Positions 30,551-39,113 of a DNA stretch of 46,914 nt are shown in pieces. The DNA comes from Patescibacteria group bacterium. Lineage in GTDB: Bacteria > Patescibacteriota > Patescibacteriia > WFTA01 > S139-112. Position 1 is the first letter of the stretch. Each line of letters begins with the position of its first letter. Made by a program: the position numbers and the translations under genes. The notes under the pieces were generated by a model. It searched no databases and was not told the DNA's origin. It was given only the letters and a program-made list of their open reading frames with translations. The stretch covers positions 1-46,914 of the forward strand of contig WFTA01000039.1 of NCBI GenBank assembly GCA_015485715.1. The letters run 5' to 3'.

Positions 30551-30780
30551 ACTTTATTGTCTTTTAATTCCTGTATCAATGCTTCTAAATTATAAAAATC
30601 TAAATCTCCATAATACGCTTTTTGTATCCAGTTTTGAAATATTTCTGGATATTGATAGATATACATCTCCAGTAAAATCTTATAAATTCGCGGAATTTGA
30701 GTGAAATATCTGTATACTTTCATTTTAAATGATTTGGGTACATTTGGTGTTGAATATATTATGGAAAAAAGAGTATTCAT
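30547..30780 (-). CDS. Small hypothetical protein (77 aa), translationally coupled to the giant ORF
   Basis: ATG start. Its TGA overlaps the giant ORF's ATG (ATGA at 30547-30550). Aromatic-rich, with no signal peptide. Confidence 0.5.
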   Translation of the reverse strand: MNTLFSIIYSTPNVPKSFKMKVYRYFTQIPRIYKILLEMYIYQYPEIFQNWIQKAYYGDLDFYNLEALIQELKDNKV

Positions 30781-30870
30781 ATTAGTAAATTATATCATAA
30801 AAATATCAAAAATTCAACCCAAAAATCTTGGAAAACACTAATATAACAAAAATCCAAAATATGTCAAGAT

Positions 30871-31956
30871 TTAGCTAAGTCTATGCCTAAAAATACTCTC
30901 CAAAAAACCCAATCCTGCATATTCAAATATCAATGCACTACCACCATAACTTAAAAAAGGAAGAGGAAGTCCCACAATAGGCGAAAGACCTATATTCATA
31001 GCAATATTTATAAAAGTTTGTACAAAAAATAAAGTGAAAATACTAAGAGATAAAAAAAACGAGAAAGAATCACTGCTTAAACGTATAATCCCTATACATC
31101 TCCAAAAAAACAACCCCCATAAAGACATAATAAACAAAAATCCTACAAAACCAAGCTGTTCAAGAAAAGATGCAAATATAAAGTCAGTCGATGCCTCAGG
31201 AAGGAATCTAAGCTGAGATTGTACTCCCTGACCCAGACCCTTTCCCACTAAGCCTCCAGAACCAACAGCTATGATGGATTGCTTTACTTGGAAACCTTGT
31301 CCTGCAGGATCCCTGTCAGGATTTAAAAACACTGTTATCCTCCCCTTTTGTTCAGGAGATAACACAAAAAACCACCCAGCAATAAATACAAACAGAGCCA
31401 ACATCACCAAAACTACAAATCCTTTCTTTGTCAATCCAAAAGCCGCATTAAGGACAAACCATATTAAAAGTAATATAAATATAGGCCCAAAATCTGGCTG
31501 CATACCAAGAAGGATCAAAGAAGGTAAAAGCAGAAAAAAAGACTTTATCCATACAGACCAGTCCCTTCTATCCTGTTTTGAGATAAAATATGACAATGCC
31601 AAAACAGAAGCTATTTTTACATATTCAACTGGCTGAAATGAAAACGGTCCCAGAATAAACCAACCCTTTGTCCCCCTGATCTCAATACCAAATACTAAAA
31701 CCAAAACCAACAACAAAACACCTCCTAAATATAAAACATAAGACCATCCGCCTATTTTCCTGAAGTCAAAAAAAGAAATTAAACCAAAAACAACAAGACC
31801 TATAAACAGAGCAATAAGCTGTTTATGAAACCGGGTCAGACCCTCTGCGTCAAGAGATAAACTGTAGATCACAAACAACCCAATTAAAGTCAAAGTTAAA
31901 GATACCAATAATAAAATCCAGTCTGTTTTTCCAACTGATTTAACATTAATTTTCAT
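30871..31956 (-). CDS. SEDS-family peptidoglycan glycosyltransferase (FtsW/RodA)
   Basis: 361 aa and polytopic. Motifs PDFGPIFIL, RFLPEASTDFIFA and GLPLPFLSYGGSAL. Confidence 0.88.
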   Translation of the reverse strand: MKINVKSVGKTDWILLLVSLTLTLIGLFVIYSLSLDAEGLTRFHKQLIALFIGLVVFGLISFFDFRKIGGWSYVLYLGGVLLLVLVLVFGIEIRGTKGWFILGPFSFQPVEYVKIASVLALSYFISKQDRRDWSVWIKSFFLLLPSLILLGMQPDFGPIFILLLIWFVLNAAFGLTKKGFVVLVMLALFVFIAGWFFVLSPEQKGRITVFLNPDRDPAGQGFQVKQSIIAVGSGGLVGKGLGQGVQSQLRFLPEASTDFIFASFLEQLGFVGFLFIMSLWGLFFWRCIGIIRLSSDSFSFFLSLSIFTLFFVQTFINIAMNIGLSPIVGLPLPFLSYGGSALIFEYAGLGFLESIFRHRLS

Positions 31957-31957
31957 A

Positions 31958-32830
31958 CTACTCTTTTCCTAAAATATCTTGTATATAATCCTGATATGAA
32001 AGATCTATGTAATTCGCTTGATTATATACATCTAAATCCACACTTACCTCTGCCCTATAAGGTGTTGTATAAAACACTGGCCAGAAAGCTGTAAATCTCC
32101 TCTTTTCTCCATATCCTACCTGATTTAGAACTATATAGTTAGTGCCTATAATATTATCATCAAAATCATAGAGTAAAATCACCATTCCAACATTCCAAAA
32201 ACCATATGGAGTGTTGTTATAAAGCACCCCCTCTACCAGAAGATTGTCATTTGATTTTTTAATATTTATATCTTGTATTTCTATATTATTCAAAATTTTC
32301 ATCGGATTTATATCTTTTACTCTCTGCCAATCTACATCCAAAATATCCAGTCTAATAGAGGGAGAAAACGACGAAACTTGAACATTGAATCTCATAAGAT
32401 ATTTGGTCGAATTTGGCAGGATGGATACACTTTCCTCATCCATGGGGTTACCGTCAACAACAAATCTGTATCTAAGATTATCAATCTTCCATTTTATATT
32501 GGGGTTGGATACTTTTGCTATTATATCAATTTTATCTGTAGAAGGTATAAAAACAGCAGTAACGCTTTTTACTTGAATATCTATAGGAGAGAATTTACGC
32601 CTTAGAACCTGAAGAGGTACATATGTCCGGGTAAGCTCATACTCTGTAAAATAAGTCTTGATGTCATTCACTCCATATAATACCCATTGTATTCCCAAAT
32701 TATACAAAATAAGGATATCAATAAAAAAAAGAGAGAAAATTCCGAGTCTTTTCAAAAAAAGTCTGTTTCTTGCAAAAAACCCTGCATATTTTAATTCCTT
32801 TTCTGTAAAATGTTTATAGTCAGGAGACAT
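31958..32830 (-). CDS. Hypothetical single-pass membrane protein with a beta-rich ectodomain
   Basis: 290 aa. One N-terminal hydrophobic helix (LGIFSLFFIDILILYNLGIQWVLYGV). Its stop lies 1 nt before the SEDS gene's start. Confidence 0.6.
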   Translation of the reverse strand: MSPDYKHFTEKELKYAGFFARNRLFLKRLGIFSLFFIDILILYNLGIQWVLYGVNDIKTYFTEYELTRTYVPLQVLRRKFSPIDIQVKSVTAVFIPSTDKIDIIAKVSNPNIKWKIDNLRYRFVVDGNPMDEESVSILPNSTKYLMRFNVQVSSFSPSIRLDILDVDWQRVKDINPMKILNNIEIQDINIKKSNDNLLVEGVLYNNTPYGFWNVGMVILLYDFDDNIIGTNYIVLNQVGYGEKRRFTAFWPVFYTTPYRAEVSVDLDVYNQANYIDLSYQDYIQDILGKE

Positions 32831-32897
32831 AGGTTTTACACAAATTAAAATTTATTCTATATTATAGTAAGAATGCATTAAAATTAACTTCAAATAT

Positions 32898-33239
32898 ATG
32901 TTTGAAACAAGCAGAGATATATTAAATTTATCCATCACTATAGCCATCATCCTAATCACTCTCATTGTGGTTGTAATAGGTGTCTACATCACTTTGATTA
33001 TACGCGATTTCAGACAATTAAGCAAATCTGTGAGAGAGAAAATTAAGCTAATAGATGGACTTGTGAATAAAACTTCAAACACACTTGATCTTGTAAATCA
33101 AAAAATAAAAAGCTCTTCTACCTATCTGACAGTTTTTGTCAAAATTGCGGATAAATTCATAGATTACCTCAAAGAAAAATCAAAATCCAAAAAACAATCC
33201 AAGCAGAGTGAAAGAAAAAAAGTAAAAGATGAAGAATAA
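32898..33239 (+). CDS. Small membrane-anchored coiled-coil protein (DUF948-like)
   Basis: 113 aa. An N-terminal TM helix, then a helical region and a K-rich tail. TAATG overlap with dnaE. Confidence 0.45.
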   Translation: MFETSRDILNLSITIAIILITLIVVVIGVYITLIIRDFRQLSKSVREKIKLIDGLVNKTSNTLDLVNQKIKSSSTYLTVFVKIADKFIDYLKEKSKSKKQSKQSERKKVKDEE

Positions 33240-36200
33240 TGAGTATGAAATTTGTCCATCTTCATGTCCATTCTCACTACTCTCTGCTTGATGGACTACC
33301 TAAGATAAAGGATCTTGTTGCCAAAGCTAAAGAGATGGATATGCCAGCATTGGCTCTTACAGATCATGGGTCGATGTACGGTGTGATTGAATTTTACAAA
33401 GAATGCTTAAAAGAAAACATAAAGCCGATTATAGGCATGGAAGCATATCTTGCACCCAGAAGGCTTATTTACAAAAAACCTCAAATAGACGATAAATATT
33501 TTCACTTAACGCTTCTCGCGAAAAATGAAACAGGTTATAAAAATCTAATGCAACTCTCCAGTATAGGATTTCTGGATGGATTTTACTACAAGCCGCGTAT
33601 AGATATGGAAGCGCTCAAAAAATATCATGAAGGCATTATCTGCCTGTCAGGATGCGGGAGAGGTCCTGTACGTTCTTCTCTTCAAGATAAAAACATAGAC
33701 AAAGCCAAGCAATATATTAAAGACCTATATGATATTTTCCAAGATGATTTTTATATTGAAATGCAAATCATACCGTGGAAAATAAAAGAAAAACACACCC
33801 AACAAATGGAAGAAAATAAAATACTGTATCAGCTTTCTCAGGAATTCAATATCAAACCAGTTGCCACCTGTGATGTGCATTATATAGAAAAAGAAGATGC
33901 CCAAATTCAGGATATTCTTGTCTGCATTCAAACAGGAAAAACGGTTGATGATAAAAAGAGACTTGATATGAGGGATGCTGACTTATCCTTTGCCTCACCC
34001 CAAGATGTCTATGAAAGATTTAAGAATTTCCCAGAAGCAGTTGAAAACACTCTTGAAGTTGCAGAAAAATGCAGTCTAAAACTTGATCTTAAAACATGGC
34101 ACTATCCTAAATTTCAACTACCAAAAGGAGAAAAAAGTCCTGAGGATTATCTGCGTAAAAAGGTAGAAAAAGGGGCCAGAAAAATATATGGAGAAATTAC
34201 CACAGAAATACAAGAAAGAATAGATTATGAACTGCATATTATCAACCATAAAAAATATGCTGATTACTTTCTCATTATTTCTGACTTTATGCAATGGGCC
34301 AGAAGGCGCGGGATTTTGACTACAGCTAGAGGATCCGGATCTGGTTCTCTGGTTGCCTACTGTCTGGAAATTACATCAGTGGATCCTCTCAAGTATAAGC
34401 TTCCCTTTGAAAGATTTTTAACCCTTGAAAGACCGTCACCACCTGATATAGATGTAGACATTATGGATGAAAGAAGAGATGAGGTTATTCAATATGTAAG
34501 GGAAAAATACGGATATGAAAATGTGGCCCATGTATGCACATTTGGTACCATGATGGCAAGAGGGTCTTTCAGGGATGTAGCCAGAGTTTTAGGCAAAGAA
34601 TACGACTGGGCAGACAGAATAGCCAAAATGATACCTTTTGGATCCCAAGGCTTTCCTATGACACTGGAAAAAGCTCTAGAAGTAAACCCTGAGCTCAAAA
34701 AAATATATGATACAGACCCTGAAGTAAAAAAAGTATACGATATGGCAAAAAAAGTCGAAGGGTGTGTTAGGCATGTATCCATCCATGCTGCTGCTGTTGT
34801 CATAACTCCTGAAAAGCTGACTAACTATGTACCTCTTCAGTTTGATCCCCAAGGAAGAAAAAATTCAATCATCACCCAATATGATATGTATAAGATAGAT
34901 CCGGGCATGTCAGCAGAATCTGTAGGTATATTGAAAATGGACTTTTTGGGACTCAGAAATCTAACCATCCTTGCGCGATGCATTGAGCTTGTGGAAAAAA
35001 CCAAAGGAAAAAAAATAGATATCTACAACATACCCCTTAATGATAAAAAAACTTTTGATATGCTCTCTCAAGGTCATACTTACGGAGTATTTCAAATGTC
35101 AGGCGCAGGGATGACCAAATATATAAAAGAGTTGAAACCTACAGAAGTCTTTCACCTAATAGCCATGGTCGCTCTGTACAGGCCCGGGCCCATGGAAATT
35201 ATTCCGGAATATATCAGACGCAAGAATAATCCTGAAACAGTCACCTATCCTGATCCACGTCTAAAAGATATACTGGAGATGTCCTATGGCCTTTTTGTAT
35301 ATCAGGATGACATTATTATGACTGCCATCAAACTTGCAGGATATACAGCAGGAGAAGCAGATGCATTTAGAAAAGCTATGGGTAAAAAAATACCCGAAGT
35401 AATGCAGGCCCAAAAAGAAAAATTCTTTGAAGGGTGCATAAAAAACGGCTTAAATAAAGAGCAGGTACAAAACATCTGGGATATGATAGAGCCGTTTGCA
35501 GCCTATGCTTTTAACAAAGCCCATGCGGCATCATATGGCATGCTCGCCTATAGAACAGCATATATGAAAGCTAACTTTCCGGCAGAATACATGACAGCTC
35601 TCATGACATCTGAAGCAAACAATCCTGACAAAATAGCTGAAACTATCAGAGAATGTAGAAAAATGGGTATTGATGTCCTTCCACCTGATATCAATGAATC
35701 CTACGGCAATTTTACCTATATATCCGACAAAGAAATAAGATTTGGACTCAATGCCATAAAAAATTTAGGTGAAGACGTAGTGCTTACCATACTTTACGAA
35801 AGAAAGAAAAATGGAAAATTTAAATCTCTTGAAGATTTTCTCAAAAGAGTAAAAAGTAAAAATCTCAACAAAAAATCTCTGGAAGCACTTATTAAATCAG
35901 GAACTCTTGACTCCTTGGGTGACAGATCCACCATGGCTGCTAATATAGATAAGATGCTGCAGTATATAAAAGAAATCCAAAAACCAATATCAAATCAAAT
36001 CTCGCTCTTTGGAAACACTGAAGAAGAAAAAGAGATAAAAGTAAACATGACACCTGTTGAAGAAATTCCGCTTCAAGAAAAAATGGCATGGGAGAAGGAA
36101 TATCTTGGACTGTATATTTCAGAACACCCTTTTGAAAAATACTACAATGATCTTGAAGATTATCTTATAAAAATATCAAATATTCATACTATCGAGGAAG

Positions 36201-36775
36201 GGGAATTCCTGTGCGGCGGCATAGTCTCATCTGTGAAAACGATTACTACCAAAAATGGAGATCAAATGGCCTTTATTCAGATAGAAGATATATCTGAAAA
36301 TATTGAAGTGATTGTTTTCCCTAAGACCTATGAAAAATATAAAAATATACTATTTGAATCAAAAATTGTCCTTATAAAGGGGAGTAAATCAGACAAAACA
36401 GATGAAAGTAAAATAATAGCAAACCAAATATATGATCTTGAAGAAATAAAGGATAAAAAAAGCAAATTGGAAGAAATATTTAACTCTAACAGATCTACAA
36501 ATACTGCAAAATCTATAAAACCAAATTCCAGTCAACCTCATAAAATAGAAAAAGTATATATAAATGTATCAAATGGCAACGGGAAAACCAAAGAAAATCT
36601 ATTAAAGTTAAAAGAGCTTCTTCAGTATTATCCCGGAAACTTACAGGTAGTCATAGTTATAAAAAACCACTCCAAAAGCAAAGTCATCCTTACTCCCCAC
36701 TATGTCAATTATACACCAGATTTAGTGAACCAGATAGAAAATATATTTGGAAAAAATTCTGTAAAAAAGGTATAA
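33239..36775 (+). CDS. dnaE: DNA polymerase III alpha subunit
   Basis: 1178 aa. PHP domain (FVHLHVHSHYSLLDG), GRGSGSGSLVAYCLEIT, PDIDVD, an HhH region and an OB fold. Confidence 0.95.
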   Translation: MSMKFVHLHVHSHYSLLDGLPKIKDLVAKAKEMDMPALALTDHGSMYGVIEFYKECLKENIKPIIGMEAYLAPRRLIYKKPQIDDKYFHLTLLAKNETGYKNLMQLSSIGFLDGFYYKPRIDMEALKKYHEGIICLSGCGRGPVRSSLQDKNIDKAKQYIKDLYDIFQDDFYIEMQIIPWKIKEKHTQQMEENKILYQLSQEFNIKPVATCDVHYIEKEDAQIQDILVCIQTGKTVDDKKRLDMRDADLSFASPQDVYERFKNFPEAVENTLEVAEKCSLKLDLKTWHYPKFQLPKGEKSPEDYLRKKVEKGARKIYGEITTEIQERIDYELHIINHKKYADYFLIISDFMQWARRRGILTTARGSGSGSLVAYCLEITSVDPLKYKLPFERFLTLERPSPPDIDVDIMDERRDEVIQYVREKYGYENVAHVCTFGTMMARGSFRDVARVLGKEYDWADRIAKMIPFGSQGFPMTLEKALEVNPELKKIYDTDPEVKKVYDMAKKVEGCVRHVSIHAAAVVITPEKLTNYVPLQFDPQGRKNSIITQYDMYKIDPGMSAESVGILKMDFLGLRNLTILARCIELVEKTKGKKIDIYNIPLNDKKTFDMLSQGHTYGVFQMSGAGMTKYIKELKPTEVFHLIAMVALYRPGPMEIIPEYIRRKNNPETVTYPDPRLKDILEMSYGLFVYQDDIIMTAIKLAGYTAGEADAFRKAMGKKIPEVMQAQKEKFFEGCIKNGLNKEQVQNIWDMIEPFAAYAFNKAHAASYGMLAYRTAYMKANFPAEYMTALMTSEANNPDKIAETIRECRKMGIDVLPPDINESYGNFTYISDKEIRFGLNAIKNLGEDVVLTILYERKKNGKFKSLEDFLKRVKSKNLNKKSLEALIKSGTLDSLGDRSTMAANIDKMLQYIKEIQKPISNQISLFGNTEEEKEIKVNMTPVEEIPLQEKMAWEKEYLGLYISEHPFEKYYNDLEDYLIKISNIHTIEEGEFLCGGIVSSVKTITTKNGDQMAFIQIEDISENIEVIVFPKTYEKYKNILFESKIVLIKGSKSDKTDESKIIANQIYDLEEIKDKKSKLEEIFNSNRSTNTAKSIKPNSSQPHKIEKVYINVSNGNGKTKENLLKLKELLQYYPGNLQVVIVIKNHSKSKVILTPHYVNYTPDLVNQIENIFGKNSVKKV

Positions 36776-36808
36776 TATAATAAAATTCAAAAGGCAAAAG
36801 GCAAAATT

Positions 36809-36917
36809 CAACCCAGCCCCACTTTTTGAGGTAAATCTGTGCTATAAAGCCATAGGGTGTATAATTTGATTTAAAGCAACATATCTGAAGGTAATGTTGA
36901 AAAGTGGGGCTGGGTTG
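36809..36917 (+). repeat. TIR-element copy C (reference copy, perfect 18-bp TIRs)
   Basis: CAACCCAGCCCCACTTTT ...core... AAAAGTGGGGCTGGGTTG, with no internal ORF. Confidence 0.9.
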
Positions 36918-36944
36918 CCCAGAACTCTACGTAATTTTGGGCAA
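36915..36944. promoter_or_regulatory. CCCAGAA/TTCTGGG-family palindrome (one mismatch)
   Basis: TTGCCCAGAA-ctctacgtaa-TTTTGGGCAA. It is the homolog of the perfect copy at 46631-46660. Confidence 0.6.
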
Positions 36945-37152
36945 AATTAAGGAAATAAATTTAATTATTAGTTATTAATAGTCAATATTAATAAATTTCT
37001 CAATTATCAATTTTCAAAAAATTTTCAATTTATAAAACAGTAGGTAGTAATTAGATATCAAGTACTGAGTATAAATAATAATCTATAAATTTTAGGGTAA
37101 TAATTATTATATGCTATTATATACCATCTATGTTCCAATATTTTAATATTAA

Positions 37153-37177
37153 TCCCAGAATTTTCTGGGTTCTGGGA
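37153..37177. promoter_or_regulatory. CCCAGAA/TTCTGGG-family palindrome, 11 nt upstream of the 37188 start codon
   Basis: TCCCAGAA-tt-TTCTGGG-TTCTGGGA (one left arm and two tandem right arms). Confidence 0.55.
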
Positions 37178-37187
37178 AATCGATACT

Positions 37188-38390
37188 ATGCCAAAAAATA
37201 AAAAAACACCATCCAAAGCAACCATCACACCCCCCAAAGAAGAAAAAAATAATCTTCTCAAAAAAATATCCCTTTTTTTTATAGTAACAGCTTTGGCTGT
37301 TATTTTAATAATTGTACTTACATATACCTCTAGAGCAGAGATATATATAACTCCAGCTATAAAAAGCAATACCATATCATTTCGGGTTATAGTTTCAGAA
37401 AATACCATAAAAAACAATGAGTTACCCGTCATAAAAGGGAAAATTTGGGAATCTAATCTTGAAGGGAATAAACAATTTCAGGTTCAAAATACCAATATAG
37501 AAAAAGTAGGAAAATCAAAGGGAGAGATAATTATAATTAACAACAATACCAGAAACCAGACGCTGGTTAGAACAACAAGATTTCTAACACCTGACAATTT
37601 TCTATTTAGACTTGACAGGACAGTGGTAATACCAGCTCAAAGCAAAATTAGAGCAACGGTAACAGCTGATAAAGCAGGAATCGAAGGAGATATCAAGCCT
37701 CCACTTAGGCTCACTATTCCGGGGCTTAGTAAAAGTCTGCAAGATAAAATATACGGAGAAGTAGCTGCTCCATTCTATGGCGGACTTATAAAAATAGGTC
37801 AGGTAACAGATCAGGAAGTATCATCAGCATTATCCAAATTTATAGAAGAACTCAGCGAACAAGACCAAGTCAATTTCTTGGCCGATTATTTATCACAAGA
37901 AGGATCACTCCCATCTGAAAGCATTGATATTATAAACAACACAGAGATAATATCACAACAGATTACACCTGAGATAGGAAGTGAATCAGATATATTCACA
38001 ATAGATCTCTCTGTTAAATCAAGAGGGGTTATATTTGACAAATCATCACTTATCAAAATATCACAAAATAAATTCATAAATTCTCTACCTGAAAGCGAAA
38101 GATTCATCTCCATAGACAGAAGTTCTCTGAATGTATCCCTAGACGATATAGATATTGAAAACAAACAAGCATATCTGACTGTTAAAATAACAGGATACTC
38201 TATAGTAAACGAAACATTTATTGACAAAAATCAATTAAAAGGAAAAAGCATTCAGCAGATAAAGGATATGTTCTCAGATAACCCGCAAATTAAAAAAGTT
38301 GAGGTCTACTTAAATCCATTTTGGGTCAAAAAAGTTCCTCAAATGGAGAAAAATATCTTTATCTTTATCAATTCTCCTGCCATAGAATAA
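37188..38390 (+). CDS. Hypothetical N-terminally anchored extracytoplasmic protein
   Basis: 400 aa. A basic N-terminus, one TM helix (ISLFFIVTALAVILIIVLTY), then a beta-rich sequence. The antisense ORF 37058..37432 is judged spurious. Confidence 0.65.
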   Translation: MPKNKKTPSKATITPPKEEKNNLLKKISLFFIVTALAVILIIVLTYTSRAEIYITPAIKSNTISFRVIVSENTIKNNELPVIKGKIWESNLEGNKQFQVQNTNIEKVGKSKGEIIIINNNTRNQTLVRTTRFLTPDNFLFRLDRTVVIPAQSKIRATVTADKAGIEGDIKPPLRLTIPGLSKSLQDKIYGEVAAPFYGGLIKIGQVTDQEVSSALSKFIEELSEQDQVNFLADYLSQEGSLPSESIDIINNTEIISQQITPEIGSESDIFTIDLSVKSRGVIFDKSSLIKISQNKFINSLPESERFISIDRSSLNVSLDDIDIENKQAYLTVKITGYSIVNETFIDKNQLKGKSIQQIKDMFSDNPQIKKVEVYLNPFWVKKVPQMEKNIFIFINSPAIE

Positions 38391-38396
38391 GATTGT

Positions 38397-39113
38397 ATGA
38401 AAACTGTTGTCATAATCCCCACCTATAATGAAGCAGAGAATATAAAAAACATAATCATGGAAACTTTTCAGGTAAACAATTCTCTGCATATTCTAATTGT
38501 TGACGACAACTCTCCTGACAAAACGTCAGAAAAAGTAAAACAACTTCAGTCAAGCTATACAAACAACCTCCACCTCATAACCAGAGATGGTAAATACGGA
38601 TTAGGGTCAGCATACATTACAGGCTTTAAATGGGCTCTAAAAAACAAATTTACACTAATATGTGAAATGGATGCGGATGGATCCCATAACCCTCAACACA
38701 TAAACGAATTTATAAAATATATAAATCAAGGATATGATGTGGTTATAGGATCAAGAAGGATTAAAGATGGACACATAATTGGATGGAATATATTTAGACA
38801 CATAGCGAGCTTTTCTGCCATGAAATTTGCCAAAATATTCCTAAATCTTAAAACAGAGGATATTACCAGTGGATTTAGGTGTTACCACAAAAAAATATTT
38901 GATAAAATAAATCTGGATAATATCAAAAGCAACGGCTATGCCTTTCAGGAGGAAATGCTTTACTTATGTGAAAAAAATAACTTTAAAATAAAAGAGATAG
39001 CCATCACCTTTGTAGACAGAAAAAAAGGCAAATCAAAATTGACCCTCAAGGATATATTAGAATTTTTTATAGTAATGATTAAACTTAAAATAAATGAATA
39101 TCGTAAAATATAA
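38397..39113 (+). CDS. GT2 polyprenyl-phosphate mannose synthase (Ppm1/DPM1-like)
   Basis: 238 aa. Motifs IIPTYNEAENI, IVDDNSPDKT, GLGSAYITGF and MDADGSHNP. Confidence 0.8.
   Translation: MKTVVIIPTYNEAENIKNIIMETFQVNNSLHILIVDDNSPDKTSEKVKQLQSSYTNNLHLITRDGKYGLGSAYITGFKWALKNKFTLICEMDADGSHNPQHINEFIKYINQGYDVVIGSRRIKDGHIIGWNIFRHIASFSAMKFAKIFLNLKTEDITSGFRCYHKKIFDKINLDNIKSNGYAFQEEMLYLCEKNNFKIKEIAITFVDRKKGKSKLTLKDILEFFIVMIKLKINEYRKI

Noticed and set aside
20839-30780. Giant ORF plus small ORF as a tRNA-Leu-targeted genomic island
   Set aside because: I found no integrase, no direct repeat of the tRNA 3' end at the far boundary (30781-30870), and no obvious compositional shift.
32831-32897. Replication origin at the divergent strand switch (minus-strand genes to the left, plus-strand genes to the right), or next to parAB at 20503-20838
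   Set aside because: The 67-bp gap is too short and has no DnaA boxes. The parA-proximal gap has palindromes but no recognisable DnaA-box cluster. A whole-genome GC-skew analysis would be needed.
37058-37432. 124-aa minus-strand ORF. The same applies to 19686..19946, 6..218, 41491..41880, and the many 60-160-aa ORFs antisense to long genes.
   Set aside because: These ORFs lie antisense to, or overlap, much longer ORFs with recognisable motifs, or they lie inside repeat DNA. Their composition is typical of antisense frames.
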